Source of the DNA: Macrostomum hystrix
Taxonomy: Eukaryota > Animalia > Platyhelminthes
Direction of reading: 5' to 3'
DNA length: 64,000 nt
Assembly: GCA_950097015.1 (NCBI GenBank)
Contig: CATNEN010000038.1
Coordinates: 1,922,001 to 1,986,000, forward strand
The position numbers and the translations under genes are program-made. The notes under the pieces are model-generated. The model was not told where the DNA came from, did not search any database, and saw nothing but the letters and a program-made list of their open reading frames with translations. Positions 53,208-64,000 of this stretch are shown piece by piece. Within the stretch, counting starts at the first letter, position 1, and each line of letters starts with the position of its first letter.

Positions 53208-56200
53208 ATGCATTGCCATCTACTTTCTGTGCAACTCTTTGTGCTATCATTGGCTATTATTCTGCTGCATAGCAATCATTGCCAAGGTAGTCCAACATTG
53301 CATGCCGGAAGTAAGGATCGAATTGCTAAAGGCGAGAAGCCACTGAGTGATGCAGCTCACAATGAGGATCCCGCAGCTGATGATCACAAATATGATCACG
53401 ATGCTTTCCTTGGTCGAGAAGATGCTGAAAAATTTGATCAAATGTCGCCAGAGCAGAGTGCAGCAGCTTTGGGTAAAATTATTGACAAAATTGACAAAGA
53501 CAAAGACGGCTTTGTCTCCAAGGAGGAGTTGTACAACTGGATAGACTACATTGCCAAGCGGTACATTAGAGAGAACAGCAAGCGCCAGTTTAAGGACTAC
53601 AGCGATGGAAAAGAGGATGGCAAGATTGACTGGGAGACCTACAAGGTGAGCAGTCAAGTTACCGAGGTAGCATTTATTGTTTGCATCTTCATGCTAGCTT
53701 ATAATTATCATTGTAATATCAAGCATGTTGAATTTCTAGACCTTATGGCCAGCTGTCACCTCCCAATCACAGGGTTACAGAGTCTACAGATCCCAGAATT
53801 TGAAGTATCCTGATCCCAAAGTCAAACATCCAGATCCGAATGTTAAACCTCCAAATCCCAGAATTAAAACTACAGCTCCCAAGGTTGATTCTCCAGATCC
53901 TAAGACTAGGCCTCCCATACATGCGCAACTTCCCAAATTTACACCGGCCGTGCGACTTCGTTTTTAAAAAAAATGCGACATACCTATGCCCAAATTTTTT
54001 ATCTGGGTAAACGGCAGGGGTAACTATGACTGTGTTGCAATATTAAAATGCCTCGTCATCTAATTAGTCTTCCGCTGGCAGCAGAGTGCACTCTGGCGAC
54101 TCGATCGTCGGCGTGAATGAAATTGGCGAGGTCAGCTGCGTGGCGTCGCCCGTCAAGCTGCTTCCCTGCTTAGCTTAGCCCCCTCTGAATGCGACTTACT
54201 TACCTTGGAATGCGACTTACTTCCCTCTGATTGCGACTTACTTCCCTCTGATTGCGACTTACTTCCCTCTGATTGCGACTTACTTCCCTCTGATTGCGAC
54301 TTACTTCCCTCTGATTGCGACTTACTTCCCTCTGATTGCGACTTACTTCCCTCTGAATGCGACTTACTTCCCTCTGATTGCAGATTTTGTCACGTTTTTG
54401 CTTCTTTCCCCATTTGCTTTCCTTCCTTTCTTCTTTCCTTTCTCTGCTTTCCTCCTTTCCTGCCTTCTTTTCTTTTTTTCCGCTCGTTTTTTTCTGTCCG
54501 ATTTTTTTCTCGGGTGGCCATTTTTGCGACTTACCTTGCTCGGCCGCTCGTCACCCGGCCGGATCGGCCGGGTCGGCGGGTGTTGCGCATGTATGAGGCC
54601 TCCAGATCAATGGAGGCGAGCGTCAGAGTGGTTAACGCGTTTGCTTCTCGCGCCAATGTCAATCAGCTCAATTTCCGCGGCGAGGCCACATTCATTTCGG
54701 GTGCAGCCGCATGGAGAAGATTTAGGGCTTGTAGTGCAAATCACGCCCTTGATGGCTAACCCCCAAGGCACAGTGAAAGTGTACACTGCCTTACGATGAG
54801 AAAGTCATTGCAGATGTTCACACCTGTATGAGTGCATGCCTGCGTACAGTATCTGTGTGCGTATGTGCTCAATTGCCTCCTCGCTGGCTGCAGGTCTAGT
54901 GTCACCAAATGATGTGCCATTGCCCGCAGCCCTCCTGTAATTAATATTTTTATTATAAGCCTCCAGATCCCACAGTTTTAATCTGGATCCTTAGGTTAAA
55001 CATCCAGATCCCAATGTTAATTCTCCCAATCCCATGTAGATCCTAAAGGAAGAACTCCAAATCCTAAGATTAATCCTTAAGTTCCATAATCCTATAAAAG
55101 CTGCCTCCTTTATATCCCAGTCTAAGGCTAGAATAATCTCAGAATTATCTTCTGTTATTTATGATTAAACTTAAAGCATGCAACCATACTTTATGTTCAC
55201 CTCGTAGTATAAAAATTCACCTTTCAGACGAAAGTCTTCGGCCCGTCGCCTGGACCGCACACGGCCAAGACCATCGAGCGAGAGCGTCGGCGCTGGCAGC
55301 GAGCCGATCGAGACGCCGATGGCCTGCTGGACCTGGCCGAATTCACCAATTTCGCCCACCCCGAAGACGCCGTTCACATGCGCGAACTTGTGGCCCTCGA
55401 GTCTCTGGAAGATTTGGATCGCAACGGCGACGGCTTCATTGACGAGTCGGAATACATCGGCGACATGTGGTCCGGTCGCGACAGCGGCGAACCCGAGCCG
55501 GACTGGGTGCAGCAGGAGAGAGAAACTTTCCGGAACCAGCGGGACGCCAATAAAGATGGACGACTCGATCAGGCCGAGGTGTCTGCCTGGATACTGCCTA
55601 CCAACTATGATCAGGTGAGTTCTATTCCACTCCATTGAGCCAGCTGATTCCACTAAGCTTACTCTGACTTCCTAAAGAGGTCGATTAAGTCCAGTGTTTT
55701 CCCTATAGGGGAATCAACTTAGTAGTGTTTATCCCTGAAGGAATTTAGCTGAATCTAGTGTTTATCCCTGAAGGGATTTAGCTGAATCTAGCGTTTTTCC
55801 TTGAAGGGATTCGACTGATCTCTTGTTTCTCCCTGAAGGGATTCGACTGATCTCTTGTTTCTCCCTGAAGGGATTCGACTGATCTCTTGTTTCTCCCTGA
55901 AGGGATTCGACTGATCTCTTGTTTCTCCCTGAAGGGATTCGACTGATCTCTTGTTTCTCCCTGAAGGGATTCGACTGATCTCTTGTTTCTTCCTGAAGGG
56001 ATTCGACTGATCTCTTGTTTCTCCCTGAAGGGATTCGACTGATCTCTTGTTTCTTCCTGAAGGGATTCGACTGATCTCTTGTTTCTTCCTGAAGGGATTC
56101 GACTGATCTCTTGTTTCTCCCTGAAGGGATTCGACTAATCTCTTGTTTCTTCCTGAAGGGATTCGACTGATCTCTTGTTTCTCCCTGAAGGGATTCGACT

Positions 56201-56546
56201 GATCTCTTGTTTCTACCTGAAGGGCTTAAACTAAATTCTATTATATATGCTTCTTACTGCAAAAGTGTTTGTACAACTTTTTAGTGAAGTTGTGCTACGA
56301 AATGCGCATGGTCACATATTGATTGGTCATTGTGGACCGACTGTCTAAACCTGTATCCACAGCGAATTATCCTCACCGCCTGCACTAATCCAGGTTGACG
56401 CGGAATCCAAGCACCTGTTCGCCCAGGCCGACATTGACAAGGACGGCAGGCTATCCAGGAAGGAGATTCTCGATCATCACGACATCTTTGCTGGCAGTCA
56501 GGCTACTGACTTTGGCGAGGCTCTGCGCAATCATGAGGAGCTCTGA
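53208..56546 (+). CDS. CALU: Calumenin/reticulocalbin (CREC family multi-EF-hand ER protein); exons 53208-53645, 55228-55614, 56394-56546
   Basis: Signal peptide; YDHDAFLG; EF hands DKDKDGFVSKEEL, DRDADGLLDLAEF, DRNGDGFIDESEY, DANKDGRLDQAEV, DIDKDGRLSRKEI; SQATDFG; C-terminal HEEL. Confidence 0.92.
53916..54595. mobile_element. hAT-type MITE (TIR CATACATGCGCAAC) in calumenin intron 1, carrying a 28S rDNA-like fragment and a 21-bp internal repeat
   Basis: Perfect 14-bp TIR and perfect 8-bp TSD AGGCCTCC. Confidence 0.92.
54005..54068 (+). other. 28S rRNA-derived fragment (R2/I-PpoI target region); not a functional rRNA gene
   Basis: GGGTAAACGGCAGGGGTAACTATGACT..AAATGCCTCGTCATCTAATTAGT matches the universally conserved eukaryotic LSU segment. 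Confidence 0.85.
54612..54945 (+). mobile_element. tRNA-derived SINE family 1
   Basis: Homologous to 49781-50130. Confidence 0.85.
55730..56225. repeat. 32-bp intronic minisatellite (GGGATTCGACTGATCTCTTGTTTCTCCCTGAA) in calumenin intron 2
   Basis: Tandem copies. Confidence 0.95.
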
Positions 56547-57829
56547 ACAAAGCTTCTTTGCCTTTAGATTTTTATTAAACGCGGGTGCTTGTGCTTGATG
56601 CTAATAACCTCTGTTGTTGCCATCAGCAAGTCTTCAATCATCAGTTATCATAAACGATTTGGGTTAACCGTTTTCTTCTATCGCTTTTGCCTATATAATT
56701 AGGAATTTAGACAATTGATTCGGGAATAAACGACTTTCATAAGCAAAGTTAGCAATCAACAGCAGCCATCAATTCTCATTGTTACCTACCACGATGGACG
56801 AAGATTTGGACATTCCAAACGTGGGGGAGAGACAATTGTCAAAGCGAAACTCAATTATTTGTCTATGGTCTTGTCTCATAAAACGGGATTTTAAAAAGGA
56901 GCCAATTGTGATAAACGCTGTTAAATTTACATTCTGTGGCTAGGCTTTAACCATAGACCATATACCATAAACCATTCATAAACAATAATGAATTAAACGG
57001 CGTTTATGTTAAATATTATTTCCCGGTGAATTATTGAATGATTTAATAGGCGCAGAATGCAGACAGTTTGAACCATAGACAACAGTTTCCATTCTCAAAA
57101 GAAGCCCAAAAGAAATTTTTCAATCGAGATGAAGTAGAAAGTTTGTCATAATATTTGCATAATATTCCCTTCTGTCTGGTGAGAATATCTTGAGGTAAAC
57201 CAACCAGCTTTTATTCGCCTAAAAACAAACGTGTTTTGCAAATGGAACAATTTTTTGCCTCATAATTCAATTCTAATTATATTATCAGATTTCTAAAGGA
57301 TGTAATTAACTTACTCATTCGCATTGATTTTAGCTAGGCTTGATTTCAGCCAGCTGAGCTCACTGCTCTGCAGCGGACTCATTGTTCCGCGGTTTTATCA
57401 ACATTTTGCAGAGCTTTGCACCGCTATATTTAGTTTTAGAACTATTCTGTAGTATTGCTTTGATTTGTTTCATTCTGATTATTTTATTGCTTTGTTGCTA
57501 GCACGCCTGCTTGCACTCTGGCTGATTATGTTTATGATATCCGGTTTTGCTGCTTATAATTAAAGCAATAATTTAGTTTTTTTTGCTACTGTCTTTGCTT
57601 CGAGTATTTAGTAGGGAAATATATATACTCTGTTTTATCCAAACTAGTACTTGGCGAATAAGTTGACTTTTGTAGTTTTATTTTTTAGTTCACTAAAAGG
57701 TTTCCACGACTGCAATGCAAAATCCTTTTATATTCATCTACCTTTACCTGTCCACCTCTCAATTTTTGCTGCCTACTTTTCAATCTCCCATGTCTACGTA
57801 TCAATATCCCCTGTCTAACTTTCAATATT

Positions 57830-58805
57830 CCCTGTCTACCTTACACTCTCTCCTGTCTACCTCACACTCTCCTGTCTACCTCACACTCTCCTGTCTACCT
57901 CACACTCTCCTGTCTACCTCACACTCCTGTCTACCTCACACCCTCTCCTGTCTACCTCACACTCTCCTGTCTACCTCACACTCTCCTGTCTACCTCACTC
58001 TCTCCTGTCTACCTCACACTCTCCTGTCTACCTCACACTCTCCTGTCTACCTCACACTCTCCTGTCTACCTCACACTCCCTTGTCTACCTCACTCTCTCC
58101 TGTCTACCTCACACTCTCCTGTCTACCTCACACTCTCCTGTCTACCTCACACTCTCCTGTCTACCTCACTCTCTCCTGTCTACCTCACACTCTCCTGTCT
58201 ACCTCACTCTCTCCTGTCTACCTCACACTCTCCTGTCTACCTCACACTCCCTTGTCTACCTCACTCTCTCCTGTCTACCTCACACTCTCCTGTCTACCTC
58301 ACACTCTCCTGTCTACCTCACTCTCTCCTGTCTACCTCACACTCTCCTGTCTACCTCACACTCCCTTGTCTACCTCACTCTCTCCTGTCTACCTCACACT
58401 CTCCTGTCTACCTCACACTCTCCTGTCTACCTCACACTCCTGTCTACCTCACACTCCTGTCTACCTCACACCCTCTCCTGTCTACCTCACACTCTCCTGT
58501 CTACCTCACACTCTCCTGTCTACCTCACACTCCCTTGTCTACCTCACTCTCTCCTGTCTACCTCACACTCCTGTCTACCTCACTCTCTCCTGTCTACCTC
58601 ACACTCCCCTGTCTACCTCACACTCCTGTCTACCTCACTCTCTCCTGTCTACCTCACTCTCTCCTGTTTATCTTTTAATCTCCCATGTCCGCCTATTAAT
58701 ACCTCCTGTCTACCTTGCAATCTTTCCTGTCTACTTCACACTCCTGTCTACCTCACACTATCTCTCTTGTCTACCAATCTATCTCGCCTATCTACCTCAC
58801 ACTCA
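57830..58805. repeat. ~19-bp pyrimidine-rich minisatellite (CTCTCCTGTCTACCTCACA) upstream of the RPL12 ATG
   Basis: Tandem copies; the 378-aa ORF is a repeat translation. Confidence 0.95.
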
Positions 58806-58968
58806 CCTGTATATACCTCTAAACATGTCGTCTTTCTCTCACTCTCTATAGTCTATCCTCTGATTTGATAAGTCCGAGCACAATTATTTTATTTCGAATG
58901 TCAATCATTCGCTCCGCAATGTCCAACTGCAGCTGTCGCAGCAGCCAATCGCTAATTAGCCTGCAGCC

Positions 58969-59861
58969 ATGCCACCCAAGATTGACCCCACCGCCATCAG
59001 CATTGTGTACCTGCGCGCTGTCGGTGGCGAAATCGGCGCCACCGCCTCTCTGGCGCCGAAGATCGGCCCGCTGGGCCTGTCGCCAAAGAAGGTCGGCGAA
59101 GACATTGCCAAGGCCACCAAAGACTGGAAGGGTTTGAAGGTTACGGTTAAGCTCACCATTCAGAATAGGTTAGTTGCAGCATTTTTTGTAACAAAGATCT
59201 AAATGTGTTGCTTATCTTAATCGCCGAATTTCGAGGTCTGACTCATTTTCATTACTGTTAGTAATATGTAAGGACTCATCTCTATTAAAGCTGAGGGATT
59301 AAACCGTCGGACTCACGACTTAAAGGTAGGGGGTTCGATTCCCTGCTTCACTGAAGCAATATTATCATTTAACTCCGCTTTTCTTCAGTTCATAGGAACG
59401 AGCATTAGCTGGGGTCATTTAGGGTAGGTATGGCGTCTCCCCAGTCCATGAACTAAACAACTGTTCGCAGCCTTCAAATGCCTTTTATAGCTGGCGCTTT
59501 GCTGTCGGCTGCGCATCTGACCTGATTAGGCCAGGTCTAATAATTTATCACTTATTATTCAACCAGGCAAGCCGTCGCCAGCGTGGTGCCCACCGCGTCG
59601 GCGCTGGTCATCCGAGCGTTGAACGAGCCGCCGCGCGATCGCAAGAAGGTTAAACACGTCAAGCATACGGGCAACATCACATTCGACGAGGTAATCGACA
59701 TTGCCAAGACCATGCGGCCGCGCTCCATGGCCAAGAACCTGGCCGGCACCGTCAAGGAAATTCTCGGCACCGCCCAGTCCGTTGGCTGCACAGTCGATGG
59801 TTCGAATCCGCACGACATCATCGACAAGGTGAACGATGGCAGCTACGCTGTTCCAGAGTGA
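58969..59861 (+). CDS. RPL12: 60S ribosomal protein L12 (uL11); exons 58969-59168, 59567-59861
   Basis: [86 protein letters not shown]. Confidence 0.98.
59285..59525 (+). mobile_element. tRNA-derived SINE family 2 in the RPL12 intron
   Basis: B box GGTTCGATTCC; body shared with 47088-47536. Confidence 0.65.
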
Positions 59862-60514
59862 AGCCTGCCTGGCATTTCTGCAGTTGGACTTGTGCGCGCA
59901 TATGAAACTGATTTGAGCTAGGCCCCAGTCTGTTTGAAATTCGCTAGATTATTCAACAGCTCAAACAATACAAACGGATTTACGAGTGCAGGGTCTTCAA
60001 CTCCCTTCGGCCTCGATTGGATCAAAGAAAATCAATTTTTTGTGTTTGCTTTGATGCTTTCTTTTAAGCAAATGATTGCTAGATTAAGTATTGAACTTAA
60101 AGTATTTATTTAATTGGTGTGATGTATCAAGTATTGTCAAAACATTACCTTAGCTTTGCAGATGAAAATATTCAGATTTAACAGAATTTTCTCTAATAGG
60201 TCACGTGCAAAAAAATTTGTGATTAATTTGAAAAAATAAGTGACTAGGTGGTGAGGGCCTGTTTAATTGTACTCCTAAAATCTAAACAGTGTTTTGAAGT
60301 GTTTTCCTATGTGACGACTCAATCGCCAGACAATTAACAGTCAATTTTGGTTGCTAGCGAATTTACAGACTGGTTGCCTGTCGGTTGCTATGGTATACGT
60401 TCTTGCATTACAGGTGACATAATTGGTTGCTTTTGGGGCGGTTTCCGTCATCACAGGCAGGTTGCAGCCACCGGTCGGTTGCTAAGGGGCACAGTTCCAA
60501 CAGACGGGTCATTG

Positions 60515-63251
60515 TCAGGCCTTGCCAGACAGATGCTGCAGCGATCTTGTGATGGCTTGAACGCTGCCGCTCCTTATACCGCCGTTTCCGCCGCTGCTGG
60601 CTTCGAAGCTGTTCGACGCAGCCAGACTCTTGAGCAGCTCGCTGGCGTAGGCGTCCAGCTCCGCTGTCCGACGCCGCAACTGGTCACGCTCGGCCACAGC
60701 CTCCTCCAGCAGTCGCTCGGTGTTGTGCCAGTCCTCTTTCGTTGCTGCCAGACGCTCGCGCGCTTCCGCTAGCCGCCGCTCCTCCAGCTGCGATGCCAGC
60801 AGCCACCGCGAGCTCCGGCCAATCTCCGTTGCCAGCTGGTCGCGTATGCTCTGCGCCTCTGAGCGAGCCTCCAGTAGTTGACGGCGAGTGTCGATAGACA
60901 GGCGAGGCAGGACCTGCACCTGCTGCTGCTGCGGATGCTGCTGCTGAGTGCGATTTGTCGTAATAGCTGAAAATTTTTAAATGCTTTCGGCTAGAGGTCA
61001 GATGGAGTTATCAGGTTTTATCAAGTCGAGACTTTTGGGTGTGATTTCTAGGAATTCCATTTGAAAAAGCTACAGCTTACCAGCTGGTTGGCGCTGCTGC
61101 GCGAGACCTGATCGAGTTTTGTTAACGACGAATTTCGACGGGGAAGCCGGCGTCTCGGATTGGTGGAACTGGGATTGCAGTTCGGCCAGCGACTGGCTGC
61201 GGCAGAGAAATTGTTGGTTGTCAGTTTGCTAGCTTATACGAGCGTATCTACAGATCTTCACACCAATACGTTGATAGCTACAGTTGCATCAATTACAGGC
61301 TACAGTCGACCAGCATCATGGAGAGGCACTTCTGCCGATCAGGCAAGAATTAGGACAGAACAGACGCCTAAACAGATACTCTGCGCAGGCACACAATCTC
61401 ATGGGTGTGTACATCTGCCCTGACTAATCTCATGATTACATGAATGTAAAAACGATGGCAAACATGTACCCGGAACCTGCTGTGGCCTTCACCAGTCGCT
61501 GAACTACGTCATCGGAACCAGCGCCACTGCCGCCATTATTTGACGTTGTCATCTCCGCTGCGGCCTTCCCGAAGCAGATTGTCACGGGACTCCCAATTCC
61601 ACCACGTCCACACTGCTGAAGTATTTCGGCGGCCGCTGCTGGTGTCACAGCCACCAAGCGTCTGCCATTGATTTCTAGGATCTGCAGTTGAGACGTTGAA
61701 TCGTTTCGTAATGGCTGAGTTAAACAGCTTGCCACCCGCAGTTAACATAAATGCACAACTTTATACTCCAGACCAGAACAGACTCAGTCAAGCGAGCATT
61801 CCATTAACAGCCGGATGCGATATGCGAATCGTTGTGTATTTGAGGTTCGTGTAGATACAGTCGGTTATTCGGTAACGTTTTACACAGGGCGTGTGAAAGT
61901 GAAAAGATTTGAAAAAATGGACCTGTACTCTTTAGCGAGTAGCGACTGACTGTGCTTGCAGGCGTTTTGGCATTATCGTAATAAGTGAATTTCTAAAAAA
62001 TCATTTATAACCCGTCATTCCATTTGCTTAAACCCCGTCACTCCCTAAAATAAAACCTGTCAGTCCTCAGTCTAAAGCGAGCGCCTTATTTAGCGACCTG
62101 AATAGGGCGATGGCTACCAAATATAAAAGTACATTCGGCATAATTCTCGCCTGATCTCCCGGTCGAAGTCGACCATCACGCTCGGCCCAACCGCCCGGTG
62201 TCAGCGACTTCACGTAGATGCCGATTCTCTCGCCGCTGTCGCCAGCTTCGTCGCCGTCGCCTGCGGTGGCCGTCAGCCCGACCCCGGCCAGCCCCACCCC
62301 CAGACCGTCAGCAGGCCATTGCGGCAGCTCCAGCGTGAGCTGTCTCAGTCGACTCGCTCGTCTCTCCAGCTCAGCTTCGACGCTGGCCACGCTGGACGTT
62401 GTGGCCAGCGTTGCCGCCGCCGATTCGACTTCGCTCGATGGCGCGCCCTCGCTGCGTTTTTTATGTATTACAATTTAGATCGACATATGCTACTTATAGT
62501 GGCCTCTGTAGTATTAAGTATTTTTTCTACAAAATCACTTTCTAGAATATTTTATAGCTGATATTTTATGCTTGCTGTGCTCAGAATTTGCTCAATCGTG
62601 CGAGTAAAGTAACCAGCAGCTGCCCCATTGATTATTTATGATGGTGGGCCTTGGTTACGCAGTCTTTCTAGTTTGCATTATTTATTTTAACATTTATGCT
62701 CTTTGGCTAGTTGGCTGTGCGCATAAAGCTTGACGTCTGTCCCGCGTTGGAGTACCCGGCGTGAAGCACAGGACTTGAAAACTTTTTATTATCACGGTTC
62801 CCATGTTTTAAGCGCTAAGCAGTGCAATGTTCTGCTCACTGAATTCTTTGAGAAACCAAGGTGTATGTGAGCAAAGCACAAGCTTCACTTTTCAAGTACT
62901 ATTTCAGAGGAAAAAAACTGTACTCTTGGAGATCGAGACTCGATTTTTTGACGTTGTGACTCGATTCTCTGGGGTTGGGACTTGATTCTTTGAGGTTGGG
63001 ACTCGATTCTCTGAGGTTGGGACTCGGCACTTGGAGGTTGGGACTCGACTCTCTGAGGTTGGGACTCGACTCTCTGAGGTTGGGACTCGACTCTCTGACT
63101 CTCACAGGCAAACTTTGACAATTAATTACGCTTCAGGGACTTGTCCGACCGATGTCCGAATTCGCACGTTTGGCTTCTCGCGCCCAGTGGCTGCAACATT
63201 CGGTGTGCGGCGCAGTCGGACTTTTAGAAACTCCAGGCCTGCAGGGGCCGA

Positions 63252-63293
<42 letters not shown>

Positions 63294-63638
63294 ATGCTGC
63301 TGCTGCTGCTGATGATGCTGCTGCTGCTGATGATGCTGCTGCTGCTGATGCTGCTGCTGCTGTTGATGCTGCTGATGCTGAAACCTGCTGTAGCTAGCCG
63401 CAGTAAGTTGTCTATTACTAGCTGATATTGTTGACGTTGATGGCGACCTCAACTGGGAGGCTGCAGCTGACGATGAAGCCGCCTGGAACATCTGCCTGAT
63501 GCGGGCAACGCGGCCCACGGCCGACATGTCTGACTCAGCCGATGCATTTTCTTCCGACAGCGATGCGTTATTATCTACAGAGGGCTGCTTCTGCTGGTGC
63601 TGCTGCTTGTCACAACTTCTTGCTTGATCCAGTCTCAT
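60515..63638 (-). CDS. Neurabin/spinophilin (PPP1R9)-like PDZ + coiled-coil scaffold; exons ~63638-63130, 62451-62151, 61681-61470, 61196-61081, 60966-60515
   Basis: VARIRQMFQ resembles the neurabin actin-binding motif; ASVEAELERRASRL then PDZ GLGVGLAGVG..IGIYVKSLTPGGWAERDGRLRPGDQ|ILEINGRRLV; C-terminal coiled coil; polyQ. Start codon uncertain. Confidence 0.7.
61300..61435 (-). mobile_element. Degenerate SINE family 1 fragment
   Basis: ACAGATACT..GCAGGCACAC..GGTGTGTACATCTGCCCTGAC matches the family body. Confidence 0.65.
62935..63100. repeat. 21-bp intronic minisatellite (GGGACTCGACTCTCTGAGGTT)
   Basis: About 7 copies. Confidence 0.9.
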
Positions 63639-64000
63639 TTCTAAGACAAGCTTTACTTGCGCATTGGATATAATGCGGAGCCAGCCACTGAGAGAACTAG
63701 TTCTAGCTTTATTATAAAACACTATTTGTAATTCCGCGCCGAAATGTCGTTTTTCTACGTACAGATAAAAATAATTCCGGAAAATGACGCCAGGCATTTT
63801 CAACTACGGCTCGTATTTTAATACGTCTTTGACAACGAAACTATTAAATATGATATACTGAAGCAGATTAAAACTGAAAACCATGTAATTTTTTTATTAG
63901 ATTACTTTCTACGCAAAGCGAAAGTGACCCCGCGCTTGTTAGAGAACTTTGTCTCAGCAATATTGAAGAATCCTTCATTATATTTAGGTAGTCTTAATAA

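Noticed and set aside
54005-54068. Functional 28S rRNA gene
   Set aside because: Only 64 bp, altered core, embedded in a MITE
57715-58851. 378-aa ORF upstream of RPL12
   Set aside because: Translation of a 19-bp pyrimidine-rich repeat in the presumed leader intron
59290-59352. tRNA gene in the RPL12 intron
   Set aside because: B box present but no proper acceptor stem; downstream sequence matches the SINE at 47088-47536

Overview
Eukaryotic (metazoan) genomic DNA. GC-rich exons, AT-rich intergenic DNA and a different minisatellite in most long introns suggest a macrostomid flatworm such as Macrostomum; this is an inference, not a database match. Spliced gene models rebuilt by hand from splice junctions and reading-frame continuity: DMAC2/ATP5SL-like LRR protein (-), LSM14/RAP55 (-), a WSC/PAN-like secreted protein interrupted by a LINE (+), a PAN + ALK/LTK-type glycine-rich protein (+), an intronless SLC13 transporter (-), SNX9/18/33 (+), an intronless 411-aa orphan ORF (+), CPT2 (-), a 134-aa single-pass membrane protein (+), calumenin/reticulocalbin (+), RPL12 (+) and a neurabin/spinophilin-like PDZ protein (-). 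The mobile fraction includes two tRNA-derived SINE families, two copies of a 243-bp solo LTR, hAT-type MITEs with 8-bp target-site duplications (TSDs), a MULE-like MITE, and LINE, CRE and mariner remnants. Most interesting observations: (1) a solo LTR in a coding exon whose ends plus TSD form a frame-restoring GT..AG intron; (2) a hAT-type MITE carrying the 28S rRNA R2/I-PpoI target region with only the 14-nt core replaced; (3) intronic minisatellites with sense-strand CAG|GT motifs and unit lengths clustering near 21 and 32 bp; (4) an orphan ORF with a nuclear localisation signal, between GC-box and CCAAT-box arrays; (5) recurrent TA-CGAG-TA footprint-like octamers.
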